From IMG/VR virus record IMGVR_UViG_2585427763_000009: 23,766 nucleotides of DNA; one strand, written 5' to 3'. This DNA comes from a virus. Lineage: Duplodnaviria; Heunggongvirae; Uroviricota; Caudoviricetes. Under the pieces are notes generated by a model. The model worked only from the letters and a program-made list of their open reading frames with translations, had not been told where the DNA came from and did not search any database. The position numbers were made by a program, and so were the translations under genes. The first letter of the stretch is position 1, and each line of letters starts with the position of its first letter. Below, piece by piece: positions 1 through 9,000 of the stretch.

Positions 1-1011
1 TTATAACGTCACTCCGCCTTTTAGTGGATTCAGAGCGACGGCATTTTGCAGATAGTCAGGCGCAAGGTGCGCATAGGCCATCGTCTGCTGAATGCTCGCA
101 TGTCCCAGAATCTGTTGCAGTGCGATTATATTGCCCCCATTCATCATGAAATGGCTTGCGAATGTATGCCGCAGGATGTGGGTTGCCTGATTGGGGGGTA
201 TATCAGGTTTCACTCTGCGTAAAATCCCGCAAAATTTCTCATAATCAACTTTGAATAATTTGGCGCTGGCCTCCTCTTTAACTTTTTTCTCCAGTTCCTC
301 AGAAATCGGCACGGTTCGCTTTTTACCGTTTTTGGTTTTCAGGAAGGTAACCCTGCAATTTGTAATCTGTGCTGGTTTTAGCGTGGCAACTTCCGTCCAT
401 CTTCCTCCAGTGCTCAGACATAAAAGCGCGACAAGTAAGTCATCACCAGCCAAAACATTTAACAGTTTTTCGATTTCTGCTTTTTCCAGGAACGTCATTT
501 CAGGGTTGGCTTCCGCCAGTGGCGGCAGTCCGTGAATTGGGTGTTGCCCGGAAAATTCATCCAATTGAATTAATTTTGTGAACATGCCGGATAATCGGTA
601 CATGTCACGGTTTATCGTTGCGGCACTGATACCATCACGTAGTCGCATGGAACGATAATCCATCAAAGCCCTTTTGCTCATCCTGCTCACTGGTATATCA
701 CCTATGCCGCTGATGGTTTTGAGTAGATGATTAAACTCTTTTGTTCCATGCTCGTGGTTTTGCCCGTGATATTTCCACCAGATGTCCAGCAACTCACTCA
801 AAGTCCGGCGGTCTGCTCGCTGGCCTCCCCATTCTTTCTGACTGGCATTGGCGATTGTGTATCGCTCAAATGCTAGTGCTTCAGCTTTTCTTTCGAATTT
901 CCTGCGGATGCGTTTTCCGTCGCGGCCGCGAGGTCTAATGTCCACTTCATAGCGACCATCATCGAGCTTCTTAATTGCCATAAGAAAGCCCTCCGGCGCT
1001 GTATTCACCAT
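1..1011 (-). CDS. int: Tyrosine-recombinase integrase of a P2-like prophage (336 aa); complete, stop codon at window position 1-3
   Basis: Full-length reverse-strand ORF; C-terminal region has the tyrosine-recombinase pattern (HTFASHFMMNGGNIIALQQILGHASIQQTMAYAHL); sits next to repressor C and cox as in P2. No search run. Confidence 0.88.
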   Translation of the reverse strand: MVNTAPEGFLMAIKKLDDGRYEVDIRPRGRDGKRIRRKFERKAEALAFERYTIANASQKEWGGQRADRRTLSELLDIWWKYHGQNHEHGTKEFNHLLKTISGIGDIPVSRMSKRALMDYRSMRLRDGISAATINRDMYRLSGMFTKLIQLDEFSGQHPIHGLPPLAEANPEMTFLEKAEIEKLLNVLAGDDLLVALLCLSTGGRWTEVATLKPAQITNCRVTFLKTKNGKKRTVPISEELEKKVKEEASAKLFKVDYEKFCGILRRVKPDIPPNQATHILRHTFASHFMMNGGNIIALQQILGHASIQQTMAYAHLAPDYLQNAVALNPLKGGVTL

Positions 1012-1050
1012 CTTGGTAGCAAATGGTGAAAATGTAATCTTTATATAGAG

Positions 1051-1344
1051 TTAGCCAATCCTTTTCGCGGAGTGGTTGGACTCTGTTGACTCTGGCCCAA
1101 TGTGCGCGAGAGCCGGTGCGATTTGTCCTGCGTCCGGCGCGGTTTTATCTGTCATAAGCCATAGAGCATATTTTTGGAATGTGGGATGCATAGTGATTTT
1201 TAGCAAAGCTGTGCCACCAGGTTCAAAGTTTCCTCCTTCATATTTTTTAAGTGTGCTTAGTGGTAAGTCTATGATTTCACAGAATTTTGATTGGCTTAGC
1301 CCTTCAGCCTCACGCAAGGCCTTAATCTTTTCGCTTAATTTCAT
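1051..1344 (-). CDS. C: Immunity repressor, P2 C-type (97 aa, helix-turn-helix)
   Basis: 97-aa ORF transcribed divergently from cox, directly upstream of int; size and C-terminal motif (GQIAPALAHIG) match the remembered P2 C repressor (99 aa). Confidence 0.78.
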   Translation of the reverse strand: MKLSEKIKALREAEGLSQSKFCEIIDLPLSTLKKYEGGNFEPGGTALLKITMHPTFQKYALWLMTDKTAPDAGQIAPALAHIGPESTESNHSAKRIG

Positions 1345-1465
1345 TTGACATGGTGCCTATATAGGGACTAAATTCCCTCAAAACTGGAACCTATATAGGT
1401 TCCATTGATTTGAGAATAAACCAGCGTCTAAACGGTTTTGAGTGGTTTAGAAAGGGCTGGATCCT
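1345..1465. promoter_or_regulatory. C/cox divergent promoter-operator region (lysogeny/lytic switch)
   Basis: 121-bp gap between divergent C and cox; TTGACA at 1345-1350; the palindromic 10-mer CCTATATAGG occurs twice (1356-1365, 1390-1399), the second inside a perfect 18-bp palindrome GGAACCTATATAGGTTCC (1387-1404). Confidence 0.5.
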
Positions 1466-1753
1466 ATGAGGGTACCATATATGGACGCTGAAAATTATGT
1501 GATTCAGTATCCGCTGGACGCGGTTCATGTGGATAAATTTGCTGATTTATTAGGGAAGCCAAAGACAGCCGTCAGTGAAATGGTGAAGGCAAATAAATTA
1601 CCAATTATTGAATTACGTGATCCTTGCAAACCGAAGGCTCGTGCCGGTGAAAAATGGGTTTTCATTCCTGAGTTTAATCGCGCTGTACGTGAGGCGTTTT
1701 ATAACCGACCGGTTGAACAGCGTGATGCATGGCTTTTGTGGATGGGGTTGTGA
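1466..1753 (+). CDS. cox: Cox-like excisionase / transcriptional regulator (95 aa)
   Basis: First rightward gene after the switch region; size and pattern (KLPIIEL...RAGEKWVFIPEFN...RDAWLLWMGL) resemble P2-family Cox proteins (~91 aa). Confidence 0.7.
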   Translation: MRVPYMDAENYVIQYPLDAVHVDKFADLLGKPKTAVSEMVKANKLPIIELRDPCKPKARAGEKWVFIPEFNRAVREAFYNRPVEQRDAWLLWMGL

Positions 1754-1755
1754 TT

Positions 1756-1926
1756 ATGAATGAGCCGCGTTGTATTGCTCAGTTATTGCGTAACGAAAGC
1801 CCCAGGGTGATTGACTTCACCATCACCCACGGGAAGGGACGCAAGGGAATCATTATCCGCACCAAAAAACAGAGTCCGTTAAAGAAGGCTCTGACCTTTC
1901 TGAAAAGCCGGAGGGTCTGGAAATGA
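1756..1926 (+). CDS. Small hypothetical protein in the P2 orf78 slot (56 aa from ATG 1756)
   Basis: Short ORF between cox and B; start taken at the internal ATG (MNEPRC...) because the longer frame overlaps cox. Position-based call only. Confidence 0.4.
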   Translation: MNEPRCIAQLLRNESPRVIDFTITHGKGRKGIIIRTKKQSPLKKALTFLKSRRVWK

Positions 1927-2423
1927 CAGTGATGACGCTTAATCTCGTTGAAAAACAGCCAGCAGCTATGCGCCGGATAATTGGTAAGCATCTGGCCGTC
2001 CCTCGCTGGCAGGATACATGTGATTATTATAATCAGATGATGGAACGCGAACGGCTAACAGTTTGCTTTCATGCGCAGTTAAAACAACGTCATGCAACGA
2101 TGCGTTTTGAAGAAATGAACGACGTCGAACGTGAACGGCTGGTTTGTGCAATTGATGAATTGCGTGGGGCATTCTCAAAACGCCGTCAGGTTGGCGCAAG
2201 TGAGTATGCATATATTAGTTTTTTAACAGTCAGTCAGCGTCGTACTTTATTTATGCATGCCGGATTGACTGAAAAAGAATTCAACCAGCCATACTGGCGA
2301 ATTAATGAAGAGTCATGTTACTGGCGTGATGCTTTATTCCGTGCATTACGTGAATTATTCAGCCTGTTTGAGTATGCACCGACAATTCTGACGTCGGTAA
2401 AACCAGAGCAATATCTGCATTAA
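1923..2423 (+). CDS. B: Replication protein B (166 aa)
   Basis: 166-aa ORF, same length and gene order as P2 gpB; start overlaps the preceding ORF's stop (ATGA). Confidence 0.78.
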   Translation: MTVMTLNLVEKQPAAMRRIIGKHLAVPRWQDTCDYYNQMMERERLTVCFHAQLKQRHATMRFEEMNDVERERLVCAIDELRGAFSKRRQVGASEYAYISFLTVSQRRTLFMHAGLTEKEFNQPYWRINEESCYWRDALFRALRELFSLFEYAPTILTSVKPEQYLH

Positions 2424-2486
2424 ATAATTAACCAGAGTTTTAAACGCACTTAATCGTGCGGGGCTTCTTTTTGCCTGGAGAAAGTC

Positions 2487-2711
2487 ATGCATACAGTTTC
2501 TGAAAATCAGTGCGGTAAATACGCATTACTGCTGCAACAGGCCAGAACCGAAGCACAGGCTGACGCTGCGACGCGCTTTTCTTCTCATCTTGACGCCATG
2601 ATTCGCCATATCACAAAGGCGGAGTTATCCCGCGTGGAGATAGTCGAGCTACTCAGTCAGGAGTCGGAAAAATTTCACAATATCGGATTGTCTCGCGGGG
2701 AGGTGCTTTGA
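2487..2711 (+). CDS. Hypothetical protein, P2 orf80 slot (74 aa)
   Basis: ORF in conserved position between B and A; stop overlaps next start (ATGA at 2708). Confidence 0.5.
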   Translation: MHTVSENQCGKYALLLQQARTEAQADAATRFSSHLDAMIRHITKAELSRVEIVELLSQESEKFHNIGLSRGEVL

Positions 2712-3010
2712 TGTCCTGTTCTCATTCAGTTGTATTACTGAATAACGCCTTAAAAATCGCCGTTATGAAAAATGGCGATTTGTCTCTTATCCAACTTTGT
2801 CTTGATAAAGAAAAACGCGACATCACTGAATCTGTTATCGCGATTTATCAGAGCGAATTAAACCTCCTGTCTGATGTGATCAATTTACTTGTGAAACGCG
2901 CTGTATTCCACAAGCAAATTTCCTCAGTGGATGAACTGACAAAATTAACGACAGAACTCGCCAGTTATTGCGCTGATGTATCCAGGAAACTTAACGATAA
3001 AAGGAGCTGA
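2708..3010 (+). CDS. Hypothetical protein, P2 orf81 slot (100 aa)
   Basis: Coupled ORF in the B-A early operon; good AAAGGAG Shine-Dalgarno precedes the next gene. Confidence 0.5.
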   Translation: MMSCSHSVVLLNNALKIAVMKNGDLSLIQLCLDKEKRDITESVIAIYQSELNLLSDVINLLVKRAVFHKQISSVDELTKLTTELASYCADVSRKLNDKRS

Positions 3011-3012
3011 TA

Positions 3013-3237
3013 ATGCCGGACAACGTAGATTTTATTCAGGAACAACAGGCTGAATTACTGGAGCGCCAGATTAACGCGGCAAGGGTAAAACATTGCGGTG
3101 TTTCTTCGCTGGTTTGCGAAGAGTGTGACGCTCCAATACCTGCTGCCCGTCGTGCGGCTTATCCGTCAGCCACGCGTTGTGTTTCCTGTCAGTCAGTCTT
3201 TGAAGCAAAAAACAAACATTACCGGAGAACGGCATGA
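3013..3237 (+). CDS. Small C4 zinc-finger protein (TraR/DksA-like), P2 orf82 slot (74 aa)
   Basis: Two CxxC pairs (CEEC ... CVSC) spaced as in TraR/DksA-type zinc fingers; conserved position. Confidence 0.6.
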   Translation: MPDNVDFIQEQQAELLERQINAARVKHCGVSSLVCEECDAPIPAARRAAYPSATRCVSCQSVFEAKNKHYRRTA

Positions 3238-3509
3238 GTATTCGTATTGAAATTGGCGAACGTTATGTCGTTACCAGTGACAGCTTTCAGTTTATTCTCC
3301 ACGAGAAAAAGAGAGCGGAAAGCGGTAAAAACGCCGGTCAGGAATGGCTGGCGGTGGTTGGTTATTACCCGAAATTAAGCCAGCTCGTTTCCGGCCTGAT
3401 GCATCACGATATTCTGACCGGAAGCGCAAAGTCTTTTGCTGATTTAAACGGGCAGGTTGAGCAACTCAGCAAGCGTTGTTCAGAGGCTTTTGGCTCATAT
3501 GGCCGTTAA
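3234..3509 (+). CDS. Hypothetical protein, P2 orf83 slot (91 aa); 3' end overlaps A
   Basis: ORF coupled to the previous one (ATGA at 3234); its end overlaps the start of A as in P2. Confidence 0.5.
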   Translation: MSIRIEIGERYVVTSDSFQFILHEKKRAESGKNAGQEWLAVVGYYPKLSQLVSGLMHHDILTGSAKSFADLNGQVEQLSKRCSEAFGSYGR

Positions 3510-5778
3510 AGCCTCCGGGCGTTTTGTCCCTCCGTCAGCATTTGCCGCAGGCACCGGTAAGACGTTTACCGGTGCTTATGCATGGAACGCGCCACGCGAG
3601 GCCGTCGGGCGCGAAAGACCCCTTACACGTGACGAGATGCGTCAGGTGCAAGGTGTTTTATCCACGATTAACCGCCTGCCTTACTTTTTGCGTTCGCTGT
3701 TTACTTCACGCTATGACTACATCCGGCGCAATAAAAGCCCGGTGCACGGGTTTTATTTCCTCACATCCACTTTTCAGCGTCGTTTATGGCCGCGCATTGA
3801 GCGCGTGAATCAGCGCCATGAAATGAACACCGACGCGTCGTTACTGTTTCTGGCAGAGCGTGACCACTATGCGCGCCTGCCGGGAATGAATGACAAGGAG
3901 CTGAAAAAATTTGCCGCCCGTATCTCATCGCAGCTTTTCATGATGTATGAGGAACTCTGCGATGCCTGGGTGGATGCCCATGGCGAAAAAGAATCGCTGT
4001 TTACGGATGAGGCGCAGGCTCACCTGTATGGTCATGTTGCTGGCGCTGCACGTGCTTTCAATATTTCCCCGCTCTACTGGAAAAAATACCGTAAAGGACA
4101 GATGACCACGAGGCAGGCATATTCTGCCATTGCCCGCCTGTTTAACGATGAGTGGTGGACTCATCAGCTTAAAGGCCAGCGTATGCGCTGGCATGAGGCG
4201 TTACTGATTGCTGTCGGGGAGGTCAATAAAGACCGTTCTCCTTATGCCAGTAAACATGCCATTCGTGATGTGCGTGCACGCCGCCAGGCAAATCTGGAAT
4301 TTCTTAAATCGTGTGACCTTGAAAACAGGGAAACCGGCGAGCGCATCGACCTTATCAGTAAGGTGATGGGCAGTATTTCTAATCCTGAAATTCGCCGGAT
4401 GGAGCTGATGAACACCATTGCCGGTATTGAGCGTTACGCCGCAGCAGAGGGTGATGTGGGGATGTTTATCACGCTGACCGCGCCGTCAAAGTATCACCCG
4501 ACACGTCAGGTCGGAAAAGGCGAAAGTAAAACCGTCCAGCTAAATCACGGCTGGAACGATGAGGCATTTAATCCAAAGGATGCGCAGCGTTATCTCTGCC
4601 ATATCTGGAGCCTGATGCGCACGGCATTCAAGGATAATGATTTACAGGTCTACGGTTTGCGTGTCGTCGAGCCACACCACGACGGAACGCCGCACTGGCA
4701 TATGATGCTTTTTTGTAATCCACGCCAGCGTAACCAGATTATTGAAATCATGCGTCGCTATGCGCTCAAAGAGGATGGCGACGAAAGAGGAGCCGCGCGA
4801 AACCGTTTTCAGGCAAAACACCTTAACCGGGGCGGTGCTGCGGGATATATCGCGAAATACATCTCAAAAAACATCGACGGCTATGCACTGGATGGTCAGC
4901 TCGATAATGATACCGGTAGGCCGCTGAAAGACACAGCTGCGGCTGTTACCGCATGGGCGTCAACGTGGCGCATTCCGCAATTTAAAACGGTTGGTCTGCC
5001 GACAATGGGGGCTTACCGTGAACTACGCAAATTGCCTCGCGGCGTCAGCATTGCTGATGAGTTTGACGAGCGCGTCGAGGCTGCACGCGCCGCTGCAGAC
5101 AGTGGTGATTTTGCGTTGTATATCAGCGCGCAGGGCGGGGCAAATGTCCCGCGCGATTGTCAGACTGTCAGGGTCGCCCGTAGCCCGTCGGATGACGTTA
5201 ACGAGTACGAGGAAGAAGTCGAGAGAGTGGTCGGCATTTACGCGCCGCATCTCGGCGCGCGTCATATTCATATCACCAGAACGACGGACTGGCGCATTGT
5301 TCCGAAAGTGCCGGTCGTTGAGCCTTTGACTTTAAAAAGCGGCATCGCCGCGCCTCGGAGTCCTGTCAATAACTGTGGAAAGCTCACCGGTGGTGATACT
5401 TCGTTACCGGCTCCCACACCTTCTGAGCACGCCGCAGCAGTGCTTAATCTGGTTGATGACGGTGTTATTGAATGGAATGACCAGGAGGTCGTGAGGGCGC
5501 TCAGGGGCGCATTAAAACGAGGTCTGAGAAGACCAAACCGTCAGCAAAGAAACGGAAGCCCGTTAAAACAGCATGAAATGGCACCATCGGCCAGACTGAC
5601 CCGGTCAGAACGAATGCAAATTACCCGTATCCGCGTTGACCTTGCTCAGAACGGTATCAGGCCGCAGCGATGGGAGCTTGAGGCGCTGGCGCGTGGAGCA
5701 ATTGTAAATTACGACGGGAAAAAATTCACGTATCCAGTCGCTGATGAGTGGCGGGGATTCTCAGCAGTAATGGAGTGA
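3499..5778 (+). CDS. A: Rolling-circle replication initiator endonuclease gpA (759 aa from ATG 3499)
   Basis: Long ORF; from the internal ATG at 3499 (MAVKASGRF...) it matches the remembered P2 gpA N-terminus and length (~761 aa); contains HUH-type motif (PHWHMMLF) and the AGYIAKYISK tyrosine motif. Confidence 0.88.
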   Translation: MAVKASGRFVPPSAFAAGTGKTFTGAYAWNAPREAVGRERPLTRDEMRQVQGVLSTINRLPYFLRSLFTSRYDYIRRNKSPVHGFYFLTSTFQRRLWPRIERVNQRHEMNTDASLLFLAERDHYARLPGMNDKELKKFAARISSQLFMMYEELCDAWVDAHGEKESLFTDEAQAHLYGHVAGAARAFNISPLYWKKYRKGQMTTRQAYSAIARLFNDEWWTHQLKGQRMRWHEALLIAVGEVNKDRSPYASKHAIRDVRARRQANLEFLKSCDLENRETGERIDLISKVMGSISNPEIRRMELMNTIAGIERYAAAEGDVGMFITLTAPSKYHPTRQVGKGESKTVQLNHGWNDEAFNPKDAQRYLCHIWSLMRTAFKDNDLQVYGLRVVEPHHDGTPHWHMMLFCNPRQRNQIIEIMRRYALKEDGDERGAARNRFQAKHLNRGGAAGYIAKYISKNIDGYALDGQLDNDTGRPLKDTAAAVTAWASTWRIPQFKTVGLPTMGAYRELRKLPRGVSIADEFDERVEAARAAADSGDFALYISAQGGANVPRDCQTVRVARSPSDDVNEYEEEVERVVGIYAPHLGARHIHITRTTDWRIVPKVPVVEPLTLKSGIAAPRSPVNNCGKLTGGDTSLPAPTPSEHAAAVLNLVDDGVIEWNDQEVVRALRGALKRGLRRPNRQQRNGSPLKQHEMAPSARLTRSERMQITRIRVDLAQNGIRPQRWELEALARGAIVNYDGKKFTYPVADEWRGFSAVME

Positions 5779-6107
5779 ACGTCGCCAGTTGCGAAAATTA
5801 TTTACAGGGGGCAGCGTTAAGCATCTAAAGATCTTGTTCTATGATTAGAATGTTTCCTCGTTGCACTCTCGTATAGTTATTTAATGGGAAGATGTACTCT
5901 ATATGTTGTGTTTTGGTGATAAATGAAGCCAAAGGAAGGAGATTTTGCTTGATTGATGGGCGCTCTTTGCTATACACCTTGTATTGAGAAGGAGAAGTAA
6001 TCAAGGATTAAGCTGGCTTTTGTCAAAAATCTGAAAAGCTTTTTTGACTGAATACGATAGCGAGTTGTACTATTTGCGCCCTCAAAAGTAACCGGCGGCT
6101 GGGTAAA

Positions 6108-6482
6108 ATGGGGAAGCAAGGCAAAGGCAAAGGCAACAAAAATCAGGTTAAGGTTACGTGGGCTCAGGCGTGGCGGGATGTAATGATAAGAGCCATGTCT
6201 AATGGTCAGTTGATACCTATTACCATCAGTATTATTTTAATGATTGCTGCATGGAGGTTACCAAAAACAGACTTGTCCAATTTAGCCTTCTCTATTGTTG
6301 ATGGCTTTAAGGAGCATTCCTTGGTTGGTTGGGCTATCTCGGTAATAGTGGGTTTGGCTTGGTCTGCACATGCGCGAATCATGAGGCGCTGTTTTAGTTC
6401 CGAGGCACAGAGAATCGGTAACGAGAAAACAAAGTATCAACAAAGACAGACCACTCAAGCCTTGGGTACAAGTGATAAATAG
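6108..6482 (+). CDS. Small membrane protein, two predicted transmembrane helices (124 aa; true start may be the ATG at 6183)
   Basis: AT-rich ORF; hydrophobic segments LIPITISIILMIAAWRL and LVGWAISVIVGLAWSAHA; first gene after A in the cargo slot; a GGCGGGA Shine-Dalgarno-like run precedes the 6183 ATG. Confidence 0.5.
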   Translation: MGKQGKGKGNKNQVKVTWAQAWRDVMIRAMSNGQLIPITISIILMIAAWRLPKTDLSNLAFSIVDGFKEHSLVGWAISVIVGLAWSAHARIMRRCFSSEAQRIGNEKTKYQQRQTTQALGTSDK

Positions 6483-6502
6483 TTGTTTATTTAGGAGTTA
6501 TT

Positions 6503-7060
6503 ATGCTGACAGTGCTGTTTTATGTGCTGTTGGGTTTAGGCGCAGCACACTTCATTTACGAGCGAATCATTTTGCCGTCCATCCGACTTCATTATAGAAA
6601 CCAATTGTTTGCGCTTCGTGATGTCGCTAGGAGGAAAATCATTGATGGAGGTTCCGATACTTCCATGCAAGCGGCAACACTTGTGCATGACTCATTGAAT
6701 AACGCTATCAATAGATTGCATTTACTCACGTTGCCAAACAAATTTCGTGCTCAAAAGCGTATGGCAGAAAACCATGCAATAAGGCAGAAAATTCGGCGTG
6801 AGATAGATGTTTTCAAACGCTGTGATGATAGAGAAGTTGTTGATGTACTGTTTAAATCCGGTCGGATACTTGAAAATGTACTGTTATTCAATAGCTTAAT
6901 GTTATTGCTTTACATGTTTCCATTTGTCCTTGCTGTATGGTTCTGTGTTAGGGTCATAAAGACAGCAAGTAGTTTAGTACAGTGGGTCAAAGGAAGAGAT
7001 TTAGAGGAAGCTATAATGCTGCTTCCTGATACTCAGGTTGAAAAGGTTGTATACGCATAA
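6503..7060 (+). CDS. Membrane protein with N-terminal and C-terminal hydrophobic helices (185 aa)
   Basis: Starts 20 bp after the previous ORF behind an AGGAG Shine-Dalgarno; hydrophobic N-terminus (LTVLFYVLLGLGAAHFIY) and a C-proximal hydrophobic stretch (LLFNSLMLLLYMFPFVLAVWFCV); followed by a strong terminator. Confidence 0.55.
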   Translation: MLTVLFYVLLGLGAAHFIYERIILPSIRLHYRNQLFALRDVARRKIIDGGSDTSMQAATLVHDSLNNAINRLHLLTLPNKFRAQKRMAENHAIRQKIRREIDVFKRCDDREVVDVLFKSGRILENVLLFNSLMLLLYMFPFVLAVWFCVRVIKTASSLVQWVKGRDLEEAIMLLPDTQVEKVVYA

Positions 7061-7062
7061 AA

Positions 7063-7088
7063 ATCACCCCTTAGGGGGTGATTTTTTT
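7063..7088 (+). terminator. Rho-independent terminator after the two-membrane-protein operon
   Basis: Perfect hairpin ATCACCCC-TTAG-GGGGTGAT followed by TTTTTTT, immediately after the stop at 7060. Confidence 0.65.
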
Positions 7089-7299
7089 ACATGACTTTTG
7101 ATTAGCTGACATTGTAAATCCGCATGTATCAGATGCATTGTTTTGCATGTGGAAATGGGTGTTTTCACTGCCAGCTATCGCTACATGTAGCAAAAACACG
7201 GGCTTAATAAGAAATCATTCTGCCATAAGGCATAACTTCCCCGCGTGCTCAGGTATTGACGTCATAGATATGGATCTTTTTTAATCAAGGTATGGTATT

Positions 7300-8247
7300 A
7301 TGAAGATATTTATTAGTTGGTCAGGTCAGGACAGCCTGGAGATAGCAAAAGTATTACGGGATTGGATACCGAATGTTATTCAAGTAGCTGAGCCGTACGT
7401 ATCAGCGGAAGATATTGATAAAGGCACTCGCTGGGCGACTGATATATCAAAGGAACTTGATGACTCTTCTTATGGGATTATTTGCCTTACAAAAAATAAT
7501 ATTAATGCACCGTGGATAAATTTTGAGGCGGGTGCTTTAGGTAAAAAGGTTGATAAGAGCCGGGTTAGTCCTTTCTTGTTTAAAATTAAACCATCTGAGA
7601 TAACAGGCCCAATATTACAATTCCAGTATACTCGTTCGGATGATAAGAACGATATTTTGAAGTTGATGTTGTCAATAAATAATCAAGCAGGATTTTTGAC
7701 TGAAGAACGCTTAACTAAAGCTTTCGAGCAATGGTGGCCAAGTTTAGAGCGTGAGTTAGATAACATTCAAGATATTAACCCTGTAGATAAAGATTCCACT
7801 AAAAAAACAAAAGGTGATTCGACTTCTGAGATACAAAATCTTTCCAAAATTGTTGAAAGTTTGCTGGATATTAGCCGAACAAATCACCAATTATTGCGTG
7901 ATCCAGCATCATTATTGCCAGAAGAATATGTTAGCAAAATAATAAACAGGGAAGGGCGTAAAGAAACTGTTTTAAAAATTGTAGCTTCTGATTTATTATC
8001 CATGCATCATTCACTAATTCGTGTAAAAAGAAGATTTATTCGTCGTGGTATTGATGAAACATCTAGGAGCGAGTTAATTGAATCATTAAATAAAATGATA
8101 ATGGATTGTTCTAGAGTAATCGCTCACTTAGATAATTATTGTGGGGCTTCATCAAACAATATGTTCAATAGTGCGCTTAGATTGCGGACCAGAAATTTAA
8201 TTGACATGATGGATGAGGAGGATGCAGAACGGGATGAAATGGAATAA
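7300..8247 (+). CDS. TIR-domain protein (N-terminal TIR-like fold ~aa 1-150, C-terminal helical domain of unknown function; 315 aa)
   Basis: N-terminus KIFISWSGQDS (bacterial TIR beta-A strand pattern) and SYGIICLTKNNINAPWINFEAGAL (TIR S-x-W-x-x-x-E pattern, candidate catalytic Glu76 at nt 7525-7527); AT-rich; motif-level recognition only, no search. Confidence 0.6.
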   Translation: MKIFISWSGQDSLEIAKVLRDWIPNVIQVAEPYVSAEDIDKGTRWATDISKELDDSSYGIICLTKNNINAPWINFEAGALGKKVDKSRVSPFLFKIKPSEITGPILQFQYTRSDDKNDILKLMLSINNQAGFLTEERLTKAFEQWWPSLERELDNIQDINPVDKDSTKKTKGDSTSEIQNLSKIVESLLDISRTNHQLLRDPASLLPEEYVSKIINREGRKETVLKIVASDLLSMHHSLIRVKRRFIRRGIDETSRSELIESLNKMIMDCSRVIAHLDNYCGASSNNMFNSALRLRTRNLIDMMDEEDAERDEME

Positions 8248-8791
8248 TCAATTTTGACTAATCATAAATAATTTTGCATATATAAACTTATAATGCCGCA
8301 GCCGCTATTTTTCAGCGGCTGTATATCGCTTATAATGGGTATGTTATTTTTATTTTGATAAAATCATTAAAATTGTCGATGTTATATGAATGCACATGTA
8401 TTATTAATGTTAGAAGATTATGCCTGCTTACGGCTATTGTGCTGAATTCAACTATGAACGCATCAGTATTAAAATCGTTCCATGAAATGTTCTTCGTCTA
8501 CAGCAGATGATGGGCAACGAAAAAATGACGCTGAGTGAGTTGGTCGGGGAGAATTGTTAGAGGTATTTATGGAGTGGTTTAATAATATCGGTCAATCCTG
8601 AGTTGCAGCATCACATAGACGATAGGGAATCTCTCCAGTCGTTCTGGAATGGCAGCGTTGAACAACAAGCACAGCGAGGCGTTAGATGCCCATCAGATTG
8701 ACACAGAGGGTTTATGAATCGCTGGGATTTACTTAGTTTGAAAAATAATATATTTATATGTTTTTGTATTGTGTTTGTTAAGGAGTTTGGA

Positions 8792-8998
8792 TTGAAAAGA
8801 AAACTGATTTGTGTTATGGCTTTTTGGGGGGCGTTGCTGGCTGGTTGTAATGAGAGTAATAAAAAAGAAGTTGAGGGTTGTATTGAAAGAGGTGTCCAAT
8901 ATTTTATAGAGATTGGTTCTTACCCTAAATTAAGTGATGGGCGTGATGCTGTAAAAGTTGCTACTGAACGTTGTAATAGAACAATAACGGCTTTCTGA
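8792..8998 (+). CDS. Small predicted lipoprotein (69 aa from TTG 8792; longer frame opens at ATG 8714)
   Basis: AAGGAG Shine-Dalgarno 6 nt upstream of TTG 8792; N-terminus KRKLICVMAFWGALLAGC is a classic lipoprotein signal with lipobox LAGC; mature part has 3 Cys. The 8714 start would give an atypically long leader. Confidence 0.5.
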   Translation: MKRKLICVMAFWGALLAGCNESNKKEVEGCIERGVQYFIEIGSYPKLSDGRDAVKVATERCNRTITAF

Positions 8999-9000
8999 TA

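Noticed and set aside
251-938. Forward ORFs of 94, 70 and 65 aa
   Set aside because: Antisense or alternate-frame ORFs inside the integrase gene.
3476-3808. Forward 110-aa ORF overlapping the start of A
   Set aside because: Alternate frame within A; the A frame has clear gpA identity.
8714-8791. Using ATG 8714 as the lipoprotein start
   Set aside because: It would put 44 residues before the lipobox cysteine, which is atypical; TTG 8792 has an AAGGAG Shine-Dalgarno at ideal spacing and gives a canonical signal peptide. Retained only as an alternative.
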